A stretch of DNA of 64,000 bases from assembly GCF_009914755.1 (NCBI RefSeq), contig NC_060947.1; one strand, written 5' to 3'. This document shows positions 28,795 through 45,455 of this stretch, piece after piece. Numbering within the stretch: the stretch's first letter is position 1; each line of letters begins with the position of its first letter. This DNA is from the human T2T-CHM13v2.0 reference genome, Homo sapiens. The notes beneath the pieces are model-generated. The model did no database searches. It had not been told where the DNA came from and worked only from the letters and a program-made list of their open reading frames with translations. The position numbers were made by a program, and so were the translations under genes.

Positions 28795-29603
28795 GAGAAG
28801 GGGGAGAAAGGAAGGAAGGAAGGGAAGATAGGGAGGGAGGGAGAGTGAAGGGGGGAGGAATGGAGGAAGGAAGAGAGGGATGAAAGGAAGGACAGAAGGA
28901 AGAAAGGAAGGCAGGAGAGAAGGCAGGAGGAAGGAAGGAAGAAGGAAGGAATGAAGGAAGGGAGGGAGGGAAGGAAGGAAACGAAGGAAGGAGCGAGGGA
29001 GGGAAGGAAGGAAGGAACGAAGGAAGGAAAGAAGGAGCGAGGGAGGGAAGGTGGGAAGCAGGGAGGGAAGGAGGGAATGAAGGAAGGAAGGAAAGAAGGA
29101 AGGAAGGAGAGAACGAAGGAAGGAAGGAAGGAGAGGAGGAGGGAATGAAGGAAGGAGACAAGGAAGGAGTAAAGGAGGGAAGGTGGGAACCAGAGAAGGA
29201 AGGAGAGAAGGAAGGAAGGAAGGAAGGAAAAAATGAAAGAAGGAAGGAGAGAAGGAGGGAAGGAAGGAGAGCAGGAAGGAGTAAAGGAGGGAAGGTGGGA
29301 AGCAGGGAAGGAAGGAGAGAAGGAAGGAAGCAAGGAAAAAAGAAGGAAGGAAGGAAGGAAAAAAGAAGGAAGGAATGAAGGAAAAAAGAAGGAAGGAAGG
29401 AAGGAGAGAAGGAAGAAAGGAAAGAAGGAGGGAAGGAAAGAAGGAGGGAAGGAAGGAGAGAAGAAGGAAGGAAGGAAGGAGAGAAAAGGAAGGAAGGAGG
29501 GAAGGAAGGAAGGAGGGAAGGAAGGAAGATGAAGGAAGGGGAGAGAAGGAAGGAAGGAAGGCAGATGAAGGAAGGGGAGAGAAGGAAGGAAGGCAGAAAG
29601 GAA
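28795..29603. repeat. ~800-bp polypurine (GGAA)-rich tract (intron 4)
   Basis: Almost exclusively G/A on the + strand. Confidence 0.95.
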
Positions 29604-30125
29604 TCACAATCTACTTTGTTGCAACTGCAACACATAAGTCCTGGTTGTTGTCATAGCTCTCTAGATCAATAGTGAGAATCGCTTCCGTGTCCATAAAATA
29701 ATGACCTTGTAGCCACTCCTCTCACCAGCCTGCTCTTTTCCAAGCATCCTTTGTGAATTTCTCATGGAACATGGATTCACAGCCCCTTCCCAGTCCCAGT
29801 TTCCCACATTAAGCTGCAGTCCAAGGCTGGCATGATCCTCCAGATACCCATTCCATGGCAACCCACATCACCTGTATGTAACTGATTACATGAGCACTAC
29901 ATTTCACTAAGGGATAACTGCCTTTGCGTTGGGGAATGGAGATGTCTTAACATTTAAGTGGTAACGTTTAAAGTCTGAGTTCCTGTCTAGCTGATTGGGT
30001 GCTCAGATTTCATCGAAGCTCAGATTTCATTGAATAAGTCAATATAAGAACCTTGGAGAATGGAACGTCTCCAAAAAGATAAAAGAATGTGCAGCTAGGA
30101 GTGGTCTGCTCTCCTCTCTTCTTAC

Positions 30126-30516
30126 CTCTGGATTTTGCATCCCATTCCAAAAACCATCTCATCTCACAATCGCAGGTCCACGGATTTCCCTGCAAGTAAA
30201 GATTCTCCAGAAGCGGCATGTTCCGAAGCATGCTGGCAGGAAGAGTTCTAACCATGTTCTCTGCTAAGTAGAGGTGCCTTATGGTGGAGAGTCTGAAATA
30301 ATCCAAAAATGTGAACGTGGAGAAGGTGCTGGGGTGCAGCTGGTGGAGGAGATTTCCTTCCAAATGGAGTAGCCTCAGAGACGTTAAGCCGTTGAAAGCT
30401 TGAGGGTGGATAAACTCGATCTTGTTGTGGTCAATGTGCAGCCTCATTAAGTTAGAGAGACCCTGGAGGGTCTGTCCTGTGATCACTCTCAGCTTGTTGT
30501 AGCTGAACTTGAAAAC
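30126..30516 (-). CDS. MXRA5: MXRA5 exon 4 (LRRs + start of LRRCT)
   Basis: Inside ORF 30010..30648: VFKFSYNKL...NPWTCDCEMRWFLEWDAKSR. Acceptor TTGCAG|GTT, donor GAG|GTAAG. 391 nt. Confidence 0.97.
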
Positions 30517-30751
30517 CTGCAAGGACAGGGGAAAACAAAACAAAACAAAAGGATCCTGTTTATAGTTTAAAAAGCCACAACCACAAACAGAAACCAGTAC
30601 AAAGGGCTGGAGAGTAATGACATGAAGCTTGTCTTTCATGTCAAACAATAGCCGTTTTATTGATCATTAAGGAGAATGACATAATTTCTATTCTTTATTA
30701 CTGGTCTTAGAGGATGCAATTTAGTGACGCTTATAAATGCCGTGGGTTTAC

Positions 30752-30881
30752 CTGAAGAGAGCTGAGGTCTCTTAAAGCTCCATCGGGGATGCTTGGGATC
30801 TCATTGCCGTGAATCATAAGTAGCTCCAACTTGGTCAGTCCTGCAAATGAGGTTTCTGACAGGGCCTGTATGCTATTAAAC
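30752..30881 (-). CDS. MXRA5: MXRA5 exon 3 (LRRs)
   Basis: Acceptor CTTTAG|G, donor CAG|GTAAAC. 130 nt, translated by hand as (G)FNSIQALSETSFAGLTKLELLMIHGNEIPSIPDGALRDLSSLQ. Absent from the ORF track; phases fit both neighbours. Confidence 0.95.
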
Positions 30882-31002
30882 CTAAAGAATGGTAATAATA
30901 ATAATAACAATAATAATAATTAAGAAAATAAATAGCGAATACTTAACTCCCATATGGGAAACATTCCCTAGCCTGCCCAAGAGCAAATTAGTAAAATGGT
31001 GA

Positions 31003-31313
<311 letters not shown>

Positions 31314-32344
31314 ATGAAGTAGTGATTCTGAGGTTACAGGGGTGCCATTCCCAAAGACGTTTATCCCTTCGTGTCCCTATCTCTGGGGTCAAGAAGAAAG
31401 TGACATGTATTTATTTGTCTTCAGTCTGCTAAGGAACATTCATGGAGAACTTTGACTTGGAATATGCTGTTGTGGTCAGGAGGCTATTTGGTGTGTCCAT
31501 CAGTAGGATTTAGAATTCAACATGAGGCTGTTCCACGTGTCTCTTTCTTGGAAACTCTGTGCTGAAGTGACAGTAATAAAGAGGGACACGTGGCTAGCAG
31601 GGCCGGGAAAATCCACGGCATTGGAATTTGCTTTGCATATGGTAAGAAAGGAGACAGCTCCATGCTAAAGGCCAAATAGAAATGTTGACCACAGACACCA
31701 ACACTCTTATTTCCCATGGACAGGCTGCCATGTCTGACGGATGATCAAAGTTACTCGTAGACATGCTAGGTTTCTTGTTTGTTTTGTTTCTTCCTGTAAC
31801 CTGTCCTCAAGATAAGTTCTTTTTGTTTTAAATTTTTGGTTTTTTGTTGTTGTGTATATAATTGTCAAGATGCTTTCTTGACCAATTTAGAAATTTCTCA
31901 TTGCCATATTGGTAATAGCATACAACAATGCTTAAACTTGATCCCTGGATAAGCAATTTGAAAAAGGAATAGAGAAGCCTGCACGCTGTTACCATAAATC
32001 ACTGTTTCTGCTGAGACATAACACATCTAGCCTGATATCACTGATTGCTTCTTCTTATCACTTACATAAAAGGAAATCAATTAGCAGGGAACATAAGTGA
32101 ACAGCTCATAGCTAAATGCAGCAGATACTAGCATGGTCCAATTTTCTCATACTCATATGTGCTCAAACCTGGACTACAATTCCAAAGTCAACAGAAACAC
32201 CAGGTTAGGTGTGACTCCCCTAAGACCCAGCCTTAGGAAGCACCTTTCAGCTACAAATTTTTGAGTGCAGGAAATTTATAAGCTCTACCCTCAAAAACCA
32301 TTCACCTTGATTGCATCAAACTTTTCAAAGACCTCCTTTCATAA

Positions 32345-32651
<307 letters not shown>

Positions 32652-33070
32652 ACATTCTTCTTTTTAAGATAAATTTATGCAAAGAAAACATCAGATGGAA
32701 TTAAATGCATCCCACCTTATTGAAATAATGTTGTATAGATTCAATATGGTGTATGGGGAAAATATAGTAGAAGATGATCCTATTTCCTGTTCATCATTTT
32801 GACTCATGTAGTCAATGAACAATCATATATAGTGGTTCTCTCTTCTTGATTACATGATATTTTTCACTCTTCTTTTTAGTGCATTACTCCAGTGTCTTGT
32901 CAGCTAAGCTCTGCTTTATTTAACACTGGTGAGAGGTAAAATATTAAAAGAATTGGGCTCATAGCTATGTGTGTACCTTATGAACATGCTTTGGATTCCA
33001 TAGAAGGTGGGAAACTTAGCTGGAATTGAGCCTTGTCCTCTTTGTATTACTTTTTGCCCTTTATCACCTA

Positions 33071-33545
<475 letters not shown>

Positions 33546-33570
33546 CTAGTGGTACTTTGGTCTTATTAAA

Positions 33571-35917
<2,347 letters not shown>

Positions 35918-36033
35918 TAATCATTGCTCAAGATGCACACTACAAAAAGGAATGAAGCTCTGACACAGGCTACCATGTGGGTGACCCTTGAACCATGTTG
36001 TTCACTGCAAGAAGCCCTACAGGTCACGTACTG

Positions 36034-36558
36034 CAGTGGTCCTCAAACCCCAGGCCACAGAGCAGTACCGGACCAGTTAGGAACCAAGCTGCACAGCAGG
36101 AGGTGAGTGGTGGGTGAGCCAGCAAAGTTTCATCTGTATTTACAGCCATTCCCCATTGCTGGCATTACTGCCTGAGCTCCACTTCCTGTCAGATGAGCGA
36201 CGGCATTAGATTCTCATTGGAGCACAAATCCTATTCTGAACTGTGTGTGCAAGGGATCTAGGTTGCGCACTCCTTATGAGAATCTAATGCCTGATGATCT
36301 GTCACTGTCTCCTGTCACCCCCAGATGGAACTGTCTAGTTGAAGGAAAATAAGCTCAGGGCTCCCACTGATTCTACATTATGGTGAGTTGTAGAATTATT
36401 TCATTATATTATTACAATGTAATAATAATAGAAATAAAGTGCACAAAAATGTGATATGCTTGAGTCATCCCAAAACTACTCCCTCCACAATCCTGTCTGT
36501 GGAAAAATTGTCTTCCATGAAAACTGGTCCCTGGTGCCAAAAAGGCTGGGGACCGCTG
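36034..36558 (+). mobile_element. MER1A (hAT-Charlie), inserted in an L1M 3' fragment (~35935-36830)
   Basis: Termini cagtggtcc and ggggaccgctg; internal gagaatctaatgcctgatgatctgtcactgtctcc. Confidence 0.88.
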
Positions 36559-37439
36559 ATCTATTGTATGATTCTATGTATATGAAATGTTCAGAATAGT
36601 CAAATTCATAGGGACAGAAAACAAAGCAGTGGTTCCCAAAGGCTGGAGGAGGAGAGGGAGTAGAGAATGACTGCTTCATGGATATGAGGTCTCCTTTTGG
36701 GGTGGTGAAAATGTTTGGAACAAGATAGAGATGATGGATACACAATAGTTTGAATGTACTAAATGGCACTGAATTGTAGAGGCTACAAGGGTGAATGCCA
36801 TGTCATTTGAATTTTACTTTAAAAAATTGCAAAAACTTTGTACAGATCAGCTTCGTATGTGCCTTCAGGATGTAGTGGGCTCTGAAAACAAGTTCTAATG
36901 CTTTTAGAGATGGAGAAATCAAAAGGAAAATAAGGCAGGTGCTGTTTGAACTTCGCTCAATATGAAACGATGTCTGCTACAGATTCTACATGCATGGATT
37001 CATTCTGCAACGCAGTCACAGCTATAATTTGAGCTTTGTGTGTCTGCAAGTTACTATTCTGGGTGGGTCAACCAAATAGGCAAGGGCTCAGCTCTCTTAG
37101 CAAGAAGGATGACTAGAAAGGTAAAAATAATGAAAAAGATCATTTCAGATAGTTGTAAATTTCATAAGGAAATAATTAAAGCACAGGAAGGAGAGTAGAA
37201 GGGGTTTGGTTGGCCGATGTCTACGGCAGGGCTCTCTGGGGAGCTGAGATTTGAAGTAGGGCTTAAGAAACAAAGGGACGTTTGGGCATGGCCTCATCAT
37301 TTTAGAAGAATATTCCGTGGTGGACAACTAGTTAGCTCTCTGGTATTTTGCTGTTGGCCATAAAGTTCAGAGTTATTGGCCATCTTTCTGTTCCTTAGAC
37401 TCACCAAGCTTGCCCACTTTATGGCACGGCCATTGATTT

Positions 37440-37738
37440 GTTCTCTATAGAGATGATGCTCAACATCCTGTAATGCACACGATGGCCCCTACAACCCACA
37501 TTGATTCAGTCCTAAACATCAAGATTGCAGAAATTTGGTAACTTTGCCTTAGCACGTGCAAATTTGTCTATCTGTCCCTCTGTCTGTATCTATCTATCTA
37601 TCTATCTACCTACCCTATACCTACCTATCATCCATCAATCTATCTATAATCCTCTCTATCAATCCATCTATCATCCTATCATCTATCAAGCATCTATCTG
37701 TTATAATCTATATATCAATTATATATCTATTCATCCAT
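37440..37738 (+). mobile_element. MER20 3' fragment followed by (TCTA)n
   Basis: gatgctcaacatcctgtaatgcacacgatggcccc..., then ccttagcacg and a TCTA tract. Confidence 0.6.
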
Positions 37739-38354
37739 GAACTGAAGTATGTGTTAAAACAGCAATGTTGGCCACTTCCTGGAGAACGTGTCAGAGCTGG
37801 GCAAGGGAGGGAGGCAGAAATGAGGTGAATCCTGCAGAGATATTGAGGGATGTTGGATCCATGACCAGGTGTGGCAGTAAGCATGAAGGCACACAGAACA
37901 TTTCCGAATGTATTTAGAGGAAGAGCCAGCAGGCATTGCTGAGTGGTGGGAGTGGGAATGAGGACAAACTTGGGGGAAGGACTTCTACTTGGAGGGGAGT
38001 AAGTGGGTGGATTCTATCATTTGCTGGACAGCAAAGGCTGGGAGAGACAGGTGTTGGGGAAAGAATTCAAAGCTGTATTTGCCATGGGATGTTTGAGAAT
38101 TTTGTAAGAATCTAAGGGGAGAATAGGGCTCAAGACCAAGATGGAGACCCATGATGCACGTTCAGGGGAGACTGGCCAACCGACCAATGGAATAGAGCCC
38201 TGGGAGTAAATAATATCACCTGAACGGAGCCCAGAAGAAGGAGGCAGATCTTCAGACAGAGGAGATAGGGCTCTGAGGCTCTGTCTCTGAAATGGGTCAG
38301 AAACAGCTGGATGTTCCTCAGCACATTTTACTTCAAGGGTGTGATATGTTCTCC

Positions 38355-39069
38355 TTCCATAGTTGTGGTCACCAAAAAGGTCTCCAGATGTTGCCAAATG
38401 TTTTCCAGGGGCAAACTCATCCATTGTTGATAACTATTGTCATAGATAGATGATAGATAGATAGATAGGCAGACAGATGATAAATAGATAGATAGATAGA
38501 CAGATAGATAGATAGATAGATAGACAGCCAGACAGATGATAGATAGGTACATAGATAGATAGATAATATATAGCTAGACAGATGATAAAGATAGATGACA
38601 GGTACATAGGTGATAGATAGATGATAGATGATAGGTAGATAGATAGAATACATGATAGAGATAGATTGATTGATAGAGATGATAGGTAGGTAGATAGATT
38701 ATTGATAAATAGATGATAGAGAATAGATAGGTAGATTAATAGATGATAGACAGATAGATAGATAGAATAGATACATCAATAGATAATGATAGAGATCAAT
38801 GATAGGTAGGTGATAGGCAGACAGATGATACATAGATAGATTGATAGATAGATGATAGGTAGGTAGAGAGATAGATTGGCTGATTGATGATGATAGGTAG
38901 GTAGATAGGTGATAGGCAGATGCATGACAGATAGATGATAGATAGATACATAGATAGGTAGGTAGATAGATATAGACAGGTAGAGAGATAGATTTGTTGA
39001 TTGATGATAGAGATAGATGATAGGTAGGTAGACAAGTAATAGGCAGACTATAGATAATAGATAGATAGT

Positions 39070-39111
<42 letters not shown>
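38355..39111 (-). repeat. MER20 fragment (~38355-38438) joined to a ~670-bp (TAGA)n tract
   Basis: ccaaaaaggtctccagatgttgccaaatg...ggggcaaa, then degenerate TAGA with a pure run at 39070-39111. Confidence 0.85.
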
Positions 39112-39327
39112 TTGAGAAAAACAGAATGGCTCATACTAAAGCCATGGATAGCTGAATGTCAAATTTAACCTGAGAATTTTGATCACAACTATCAAGGTGG
39201 AGAAGAAGGGAAAATAGGAACAAAGGATAATACTGGTTGATTTCCCTTCACATCTGAATAAATTCCCCTTTCAGGAAGGCACCCAAAGTCTGGGACGGGC
39301 TCCACATCAGCTCAGAAACCTGCCTGA

Positions 39328-39671
<344 letters not shown>

Positions 39672-41062
39672 CCCCCCTGCTTGTTTTTAAGGGGCATTAG
39701 AGAGCTTGCAGATGCAGATGCCAAGGGTGCCAGATGTGAGAATGGGGCGGATATTCTGGAACATACAGAAGCCCAGGGAATCACTTGAGTACCCCCTCTC
39801 AGAACCCAAGGGTATACATGTCCCCTTCTTGCATCCTTCTAAAAATCAGCAGAGTCTGGGAAATTAGCACGACACTCAGGGAACAGAATCTAACTGGAGA
39901 CTGGGATGACCCTGCATAAAGTGCAGTTCTATGGCTTATTAGCCCCTTGGCTTACATTCCAGACTATCTTCATCGCCTATTGATTGGCAATCACTGAATG
40001 TATAACCAACTCTGTGAAATGTTTATGGCAGACAATATTTGCAAAATTATGTCTTCGGTTCCGGTTAATATCACAAGGCAGAACTTAAAATAAAATAGGC
40101 AAGTATGGGCATTGTTGAAGTTGCAGAAAGGCATCATCAAAACCAGTCTTTTAATAGAGGGAAAAAAATACTTAAGAGTCTGTAAATCCATCTCTAGGTG
40201 GATGCTATGTTGTTGGTTCCTGAAAAAAAATATTTGGAAAGCAATTTTCAGAAACGCTTTTAGTTTGTCCAAGCAGGAAACAGCAATGCTGACAAAGAAC
40301 CCTAAAAACAGCTGTGTGGGAATAGAAGGTTTCATTAGCACTTGGCCAACAATTCCTCATTCCTTGAGAGTCTTATATTTTCTCCAGACTGTTAAAACAC
40401 AAATCAATCTCTGAGTTTTATCTGTTAGACATTGCTCTTGTTTCAGTTTTTTCCCCAACAAAATGCAAGATGCCAGACTCATTACCTAATTTGAGATTGA
40501 TTTTTCTGAAACAATGCTATTATGATATTATTAGTGATTTTTTTCAAGTAGTATATTAGTTCCTGTTACAAATTAAACCAGATGGAAGTAATAGATGTTG
40601 ATGCAGTGAAGTGATTCTCTAGGGTTTTAAACTTTTTCTTTTCTTTTTAATATTACAGAAAACTATCTCTAGATATTACTGGCAGCAATAGGAAAAAGAA
40701 ACTTTAACATGTTGGTATGTCTGTTTTATTCCTACGTTAAAGTCAATCTTTATCGTGAGTTGTTTAAAATGAAACCATCAGAAATGGTGTTGTAATTTAG
40801 AGGTTAGTTATGTTTTGCACTTACAAAGTACTTCAGTTTAAAAATGAACGGGAAGAAAAGCATCCCAGAAACTGTAAATGAGATGCAAACAACTTCAGAA
40901 GTAATAGTCTTGTTGGTGCTGTAAGTCTCAAGCCATTAAACAAATCACCTCTTTGGGGAGGGTGCATGCAGGGACTGTCTCCACCCTCATTTCCAGCCTG
41001 ATATCCCCCTTCCCAACACACAACACAAACACACAAACCTGCTGTGCAAGAAGCACCGCAAA

Positions 41063-41998
41063 TAGATATATATTATGTATAATAGATATATATTATATAT
41101 CATGTATAATATATATTATACATGATATATATAATGTATAATATATATTGTGTATAATATATATTATATATTATATAATATATTATATTATACATAATAT
41201 GTTATACATAATATAATATAATATATTATACATAATATATATTATGTATAATATAATATATTATACATAATATATATTATGTATAATATATTATATTATA
41301 CATAATATATATTATGTATAATATATTATATTATGTATAATATAATATATTATACATAATATATTATATATTATACATATATTATATATTATATATTATA
41401 TACATAATATATATAATATATAATTATTATATATAATATATAATAATATATATAATGTATATAATTATATAATTATATATATAATATATAATAGAATTAT
41501 ATATAATATATAATTAATATATATAATATACATATTATATTATATATAACATGTATATTTACATTATATATATTATTACTATATATTATGTATATATAAT
41601 ATATATTATTATTATATATAATATATATAATATATATTATTATTATATATAATATATATAATATATATTATTATTATATATAATATATATAATATATATT
41701 ATTATTATATATAATATATATAATATATATTATTATTATATATAATATATATAATATATATTATTATTATATATAATATATATAATATATATTATTATTA
41801 TATATAATATATATAATATATATTATTATTATATATAATATATATAATATATATTATTATTATATATAATATATATAATATATATTATTATTATATATAA
41901 TATATAATATAGTATACATATATTATATATTATATAATATGTATATTTACATTATATATTATATATATTATAAAGATAATATATATAAAATATATACA
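41063..41998. repeat. AT-rich compound minisatellite with a perfect 31-bp array (~41601-41905)
   Basis: atatattattattatatataatatatataat repeated ~9-10 times. Confidence 0.95.
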
Positions 41999-42276
41999 TT
42001 CTGCATCAACCCCAAGCTTTTTAGAGGGCTCCACCAAGGCCTGGCTGATGGTACCCCCAGCATGGGACCTGCCAAGGTGCTGGGTTTGAGAGATGAGGTG
42101 GCTAATCCCAGCAAGTTAGACCATGTGTTAAAATGGTTCATGTATAAAAAACAATTCCTAGACAGAGCCATTTTGCACACCAAGGGTGGAGGAAAAAGAA
42201 GTTACAGTTAAAGCCCCACTTTCTGTTCTGCAAATATCACACGCACCTTCCCCCAGGATTCAAACGGGCTTTAGCA

Positions 42277-42693
42277 GACATGGAACCAACCCATATGCCC
42301 AACAATGATAGACTGGAAAAAGAAAATGTGGTACATATACACCATGGAATACTATGCAGCCATAAAAAGGAAGGAAATCGTGTCCTTTCCAGAGATATAG
42401 ATGAAGCTGGAAGCCATCATCCTCAGCGAACTAACAAGGGAAAGAGAAAACCAAACGCTGCATGTTCTCACTCATAAATGGGAGTTGAACATTGAGAACA
42501 CATGGGCACAGGGAGGGGAACAACGCACACCAGGGCCTGCTGGGGGGTGGGGGTTGAGGGGAGGGAACATAGAGGATAGGTCAATAGGTGCAGCAAACCA
42601 CCAGGGCACACATATACCTATGTAACAAACTTGTACACTCTGCACATGTATCTTGGAACTTAAAGTTAAGTAAATAAATAAATAAACAAAACT
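42277..42693 (+). mobile_element. 5'-truncated L1PA 3' end
   Basis: L1 ORF2 end and 3'UTR (gaagctggaagccatcatcctcagc...ctgcacatgtatc); TSD aa(c/t)gggctttagca. Confidence 0.9.
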
Positions 42694-42930
42694 AATGGGC
42701 TTTAGCACCTCTTCCCTTTTTCTTACTTCCATTACACAAGAAATGTGTCCGATAAATTACAAGATTTTAAAAAGGGAAGCTGGCTTATGTGTTACTATTC
42801 CCTCCTCTGCCAACGCCAAGCTGTTTTCCCCAATGAGCTATCATTGTTGTGGTTGGATGTTCAGATGGTCAACTCATAAAGTCTAACAGCATTTCATTGA
42901 GAAACCTATTTAATGGTCTGTTGCCATGGG

Positions 42931-43112
42931 TTAGGGAAATTATCATCTTATTCCCTCAACGTTTCATTCTCTTATTCTACCACTGTCAACAGGGAAGTTT
43001 CCATCTTACTCCCTCAACACTTCATTCCCTGACTCTACCACTGTCGATAGAGAAATTTCCATCTTATTATCTCAATGTTTCATTCTCTTCTTCTACCACT
43101 GTCAATGGAGGA
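42931..43112. repeat. 58-bp tandem repeat, 3 diverged copies
   Basis: ctaccactgtc at 42977, 43035 and 43093. Confidence 0.85.
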
Positions 43113-43948
43113 GAGTTTTTTCTTTTAACTTTGTTCTATAAGATGTCCAGGTACATTTACAGTTATTTTGCATTGGCTCAAATCTGGCCATTTTATTTTT
43201 ACTAAAACATCTCCATGGTGGATATTTCACAAACACTAATTTAATCAGTTGTTCTGGGGATGGATGCTAAAAAGTAGCTATTATATTTTGTTGACGAACT
43301 CCAAATGATTGTTGACTATTAAAATTGCAGTTGAGCACCTGTAGTTCATAGCAACTAACACTTCGGTCCACACAACCCTCGTGTGTATAAAATGAAACCA
43401 GTATATTAAAAGTCTGTCTGGCAAGCCACATCAAAATAGGTTTTTAAAAAGACGTTGATATTTTTAACAGGCAAAATCTGCAGGAACTCTTTTATTGCCT
43501 CAAAGTCGCAATTCTATCATCTACATGACTTATAAAATGGCACAGATGTTCTGCTTATTTTTATTATTCTTAAATCGTTGCTGAAGTCTACTTAAATCAT
43601 CTTCATATGTTTAAGTGTGTGTCTCATGCATTCACCTCAACAATGTATTAAAGAAATGCTATCAAGGGAATTTCTCAACAAACTCTAAAGTTGTTCATGC
43701 TGCTCGTTAATAGACCTTACAGCAGTGGCAGCTGATGGATATATTGAGATAATCATCGAAAAAGCTGCGTTTAGCATAACTAAAACTTTTTCTCTCTATT
43801 CTGCCCATCTGCAGCTCCATAATTCTCGACAGAGCTACACAGAGGAAATGCACATATGAAGTTAAGTAAATGCACATACACACACGCAAAACCAGATCAA
43901 GACGCACGCACTGACAGTGGGAAGGTTCGGGAAGAAAGTGGTACAAAC

Positions 43949-44136
43949 CCCAAATTGATTCTTTCCACGTGTTTAGCAATGCCAGCGGGCACGGAAGCCA
44001 GGGATCGGAACGTGCAGTGGACCTCGCTGGGGACGTAGCAGGCACAAGGATGCGGGCAGGCCAGCGCCACTCGCGGATGGCCCCAAAGCAGGATCAGCAC
44101 CACGGAGAGGGCCCCCCAGTGCGCGCGCTTGGGCAT
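43949..44136 (-). CDS. MXRA5: MXRA5 exon 2 coding part (signal peptide + LRRNT); exon acceptor at 44164 with 28 nt of 5'UTR
   Basis: ATG at 44136-44134 in AAGATGC context. Translates MPKRAHWGALSVVLILLWGHPRVALACPHPCACYVPSEVHC...INLG. Acceptor CTCAG|GTATCC, donor GG|GTTTGT. 188 nt, ends in phase 2. Confidence 0.96.
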
Positions 44137-44454
44137 CTTGTCGGGGTGCCTGATTCTCGGATACCTGAGGTAGAACAACGAAGAGATGAGCTTATTCACA
44201 GGTAGCACCGACGAACTGTGGGCAATTTTTAAATTTGAATTGTGCATCAGGGTTTCAAGCTTCCCAGGACTTCACACGATGTGTTGTAGTGACGCTTAAA
44301 CCATGGGAATTGAGAAAGATGAAACATGGTTTTTTTTCTAAACTTTTCACCATTCACTTTAATCATGACTATAGAATATAGTCTTGATTCTTGGCTTGGA
44401 TACTATGATTTGGAAATCTATCTTGCACTCTGTAATTGCGGCTATGAAACAGAG

Positions 44455-44491
<37 letters not shown>

Positions 44492-45134
44492 AAGAGGTTT
44501 ATATTTATGTATCCATAATTAAAAAATAATAAAATATTGTGTTTCTGCCTCCAACAAGACTGAGCCATTATATATTGCATATATTTGAATTTAAAACTTC
44601 CCAAGAAGTGTTTATTCGTATTCTTTCCTTTAATGATATTTTTCAAACCTTTAATTCTAGCTTCTTGAAGAGCTTAAAGAGGTATTTGCTAGAAGGATAT
44701 TCATCCTGTTATTTCTGGGTTTATTTACTATCCTTATGTTTTTGTCTTGGAAAAGCCAGAGAGTTTTTTTGATGATATAGAGTTGCTGTTAATCGGGGAG
44801 GAAGTTTGGGGGAACCTCTGATCATTCAATAAACAGGAAGGGACTGCTTATGAAATATATTCAGGCAAACAGAAAAAAATGGAGTCACTAAAAAATGGAA
44901 AAGCTCGGGTAAAGCTAGATTGCATCAGCTACTTCATTTAGAATGGCGGTGATCATTTTCTTCTTGTCCTGGCAATGCCTATGTCATCTAACATTTTTGT
45001 CATCTCTTGAATGGCGTTCACTTAAAAATAGTGACACACATGGAAAGTAAATAGGGATACACAACAAACACGCGCCTGCCCATTCGCCCGGGTTCTGAAC
45101 GAGCGCGAACTGCTGATTAAAATTCTAAAACCCA

Positions 45135-45455
<321 letters not shown>

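Noticed and set aside
28523-29656. 370-aa and other ORFs rich in PSFL or KEGR
   Set aside because: Translations of the GGAA/TTCC tract.
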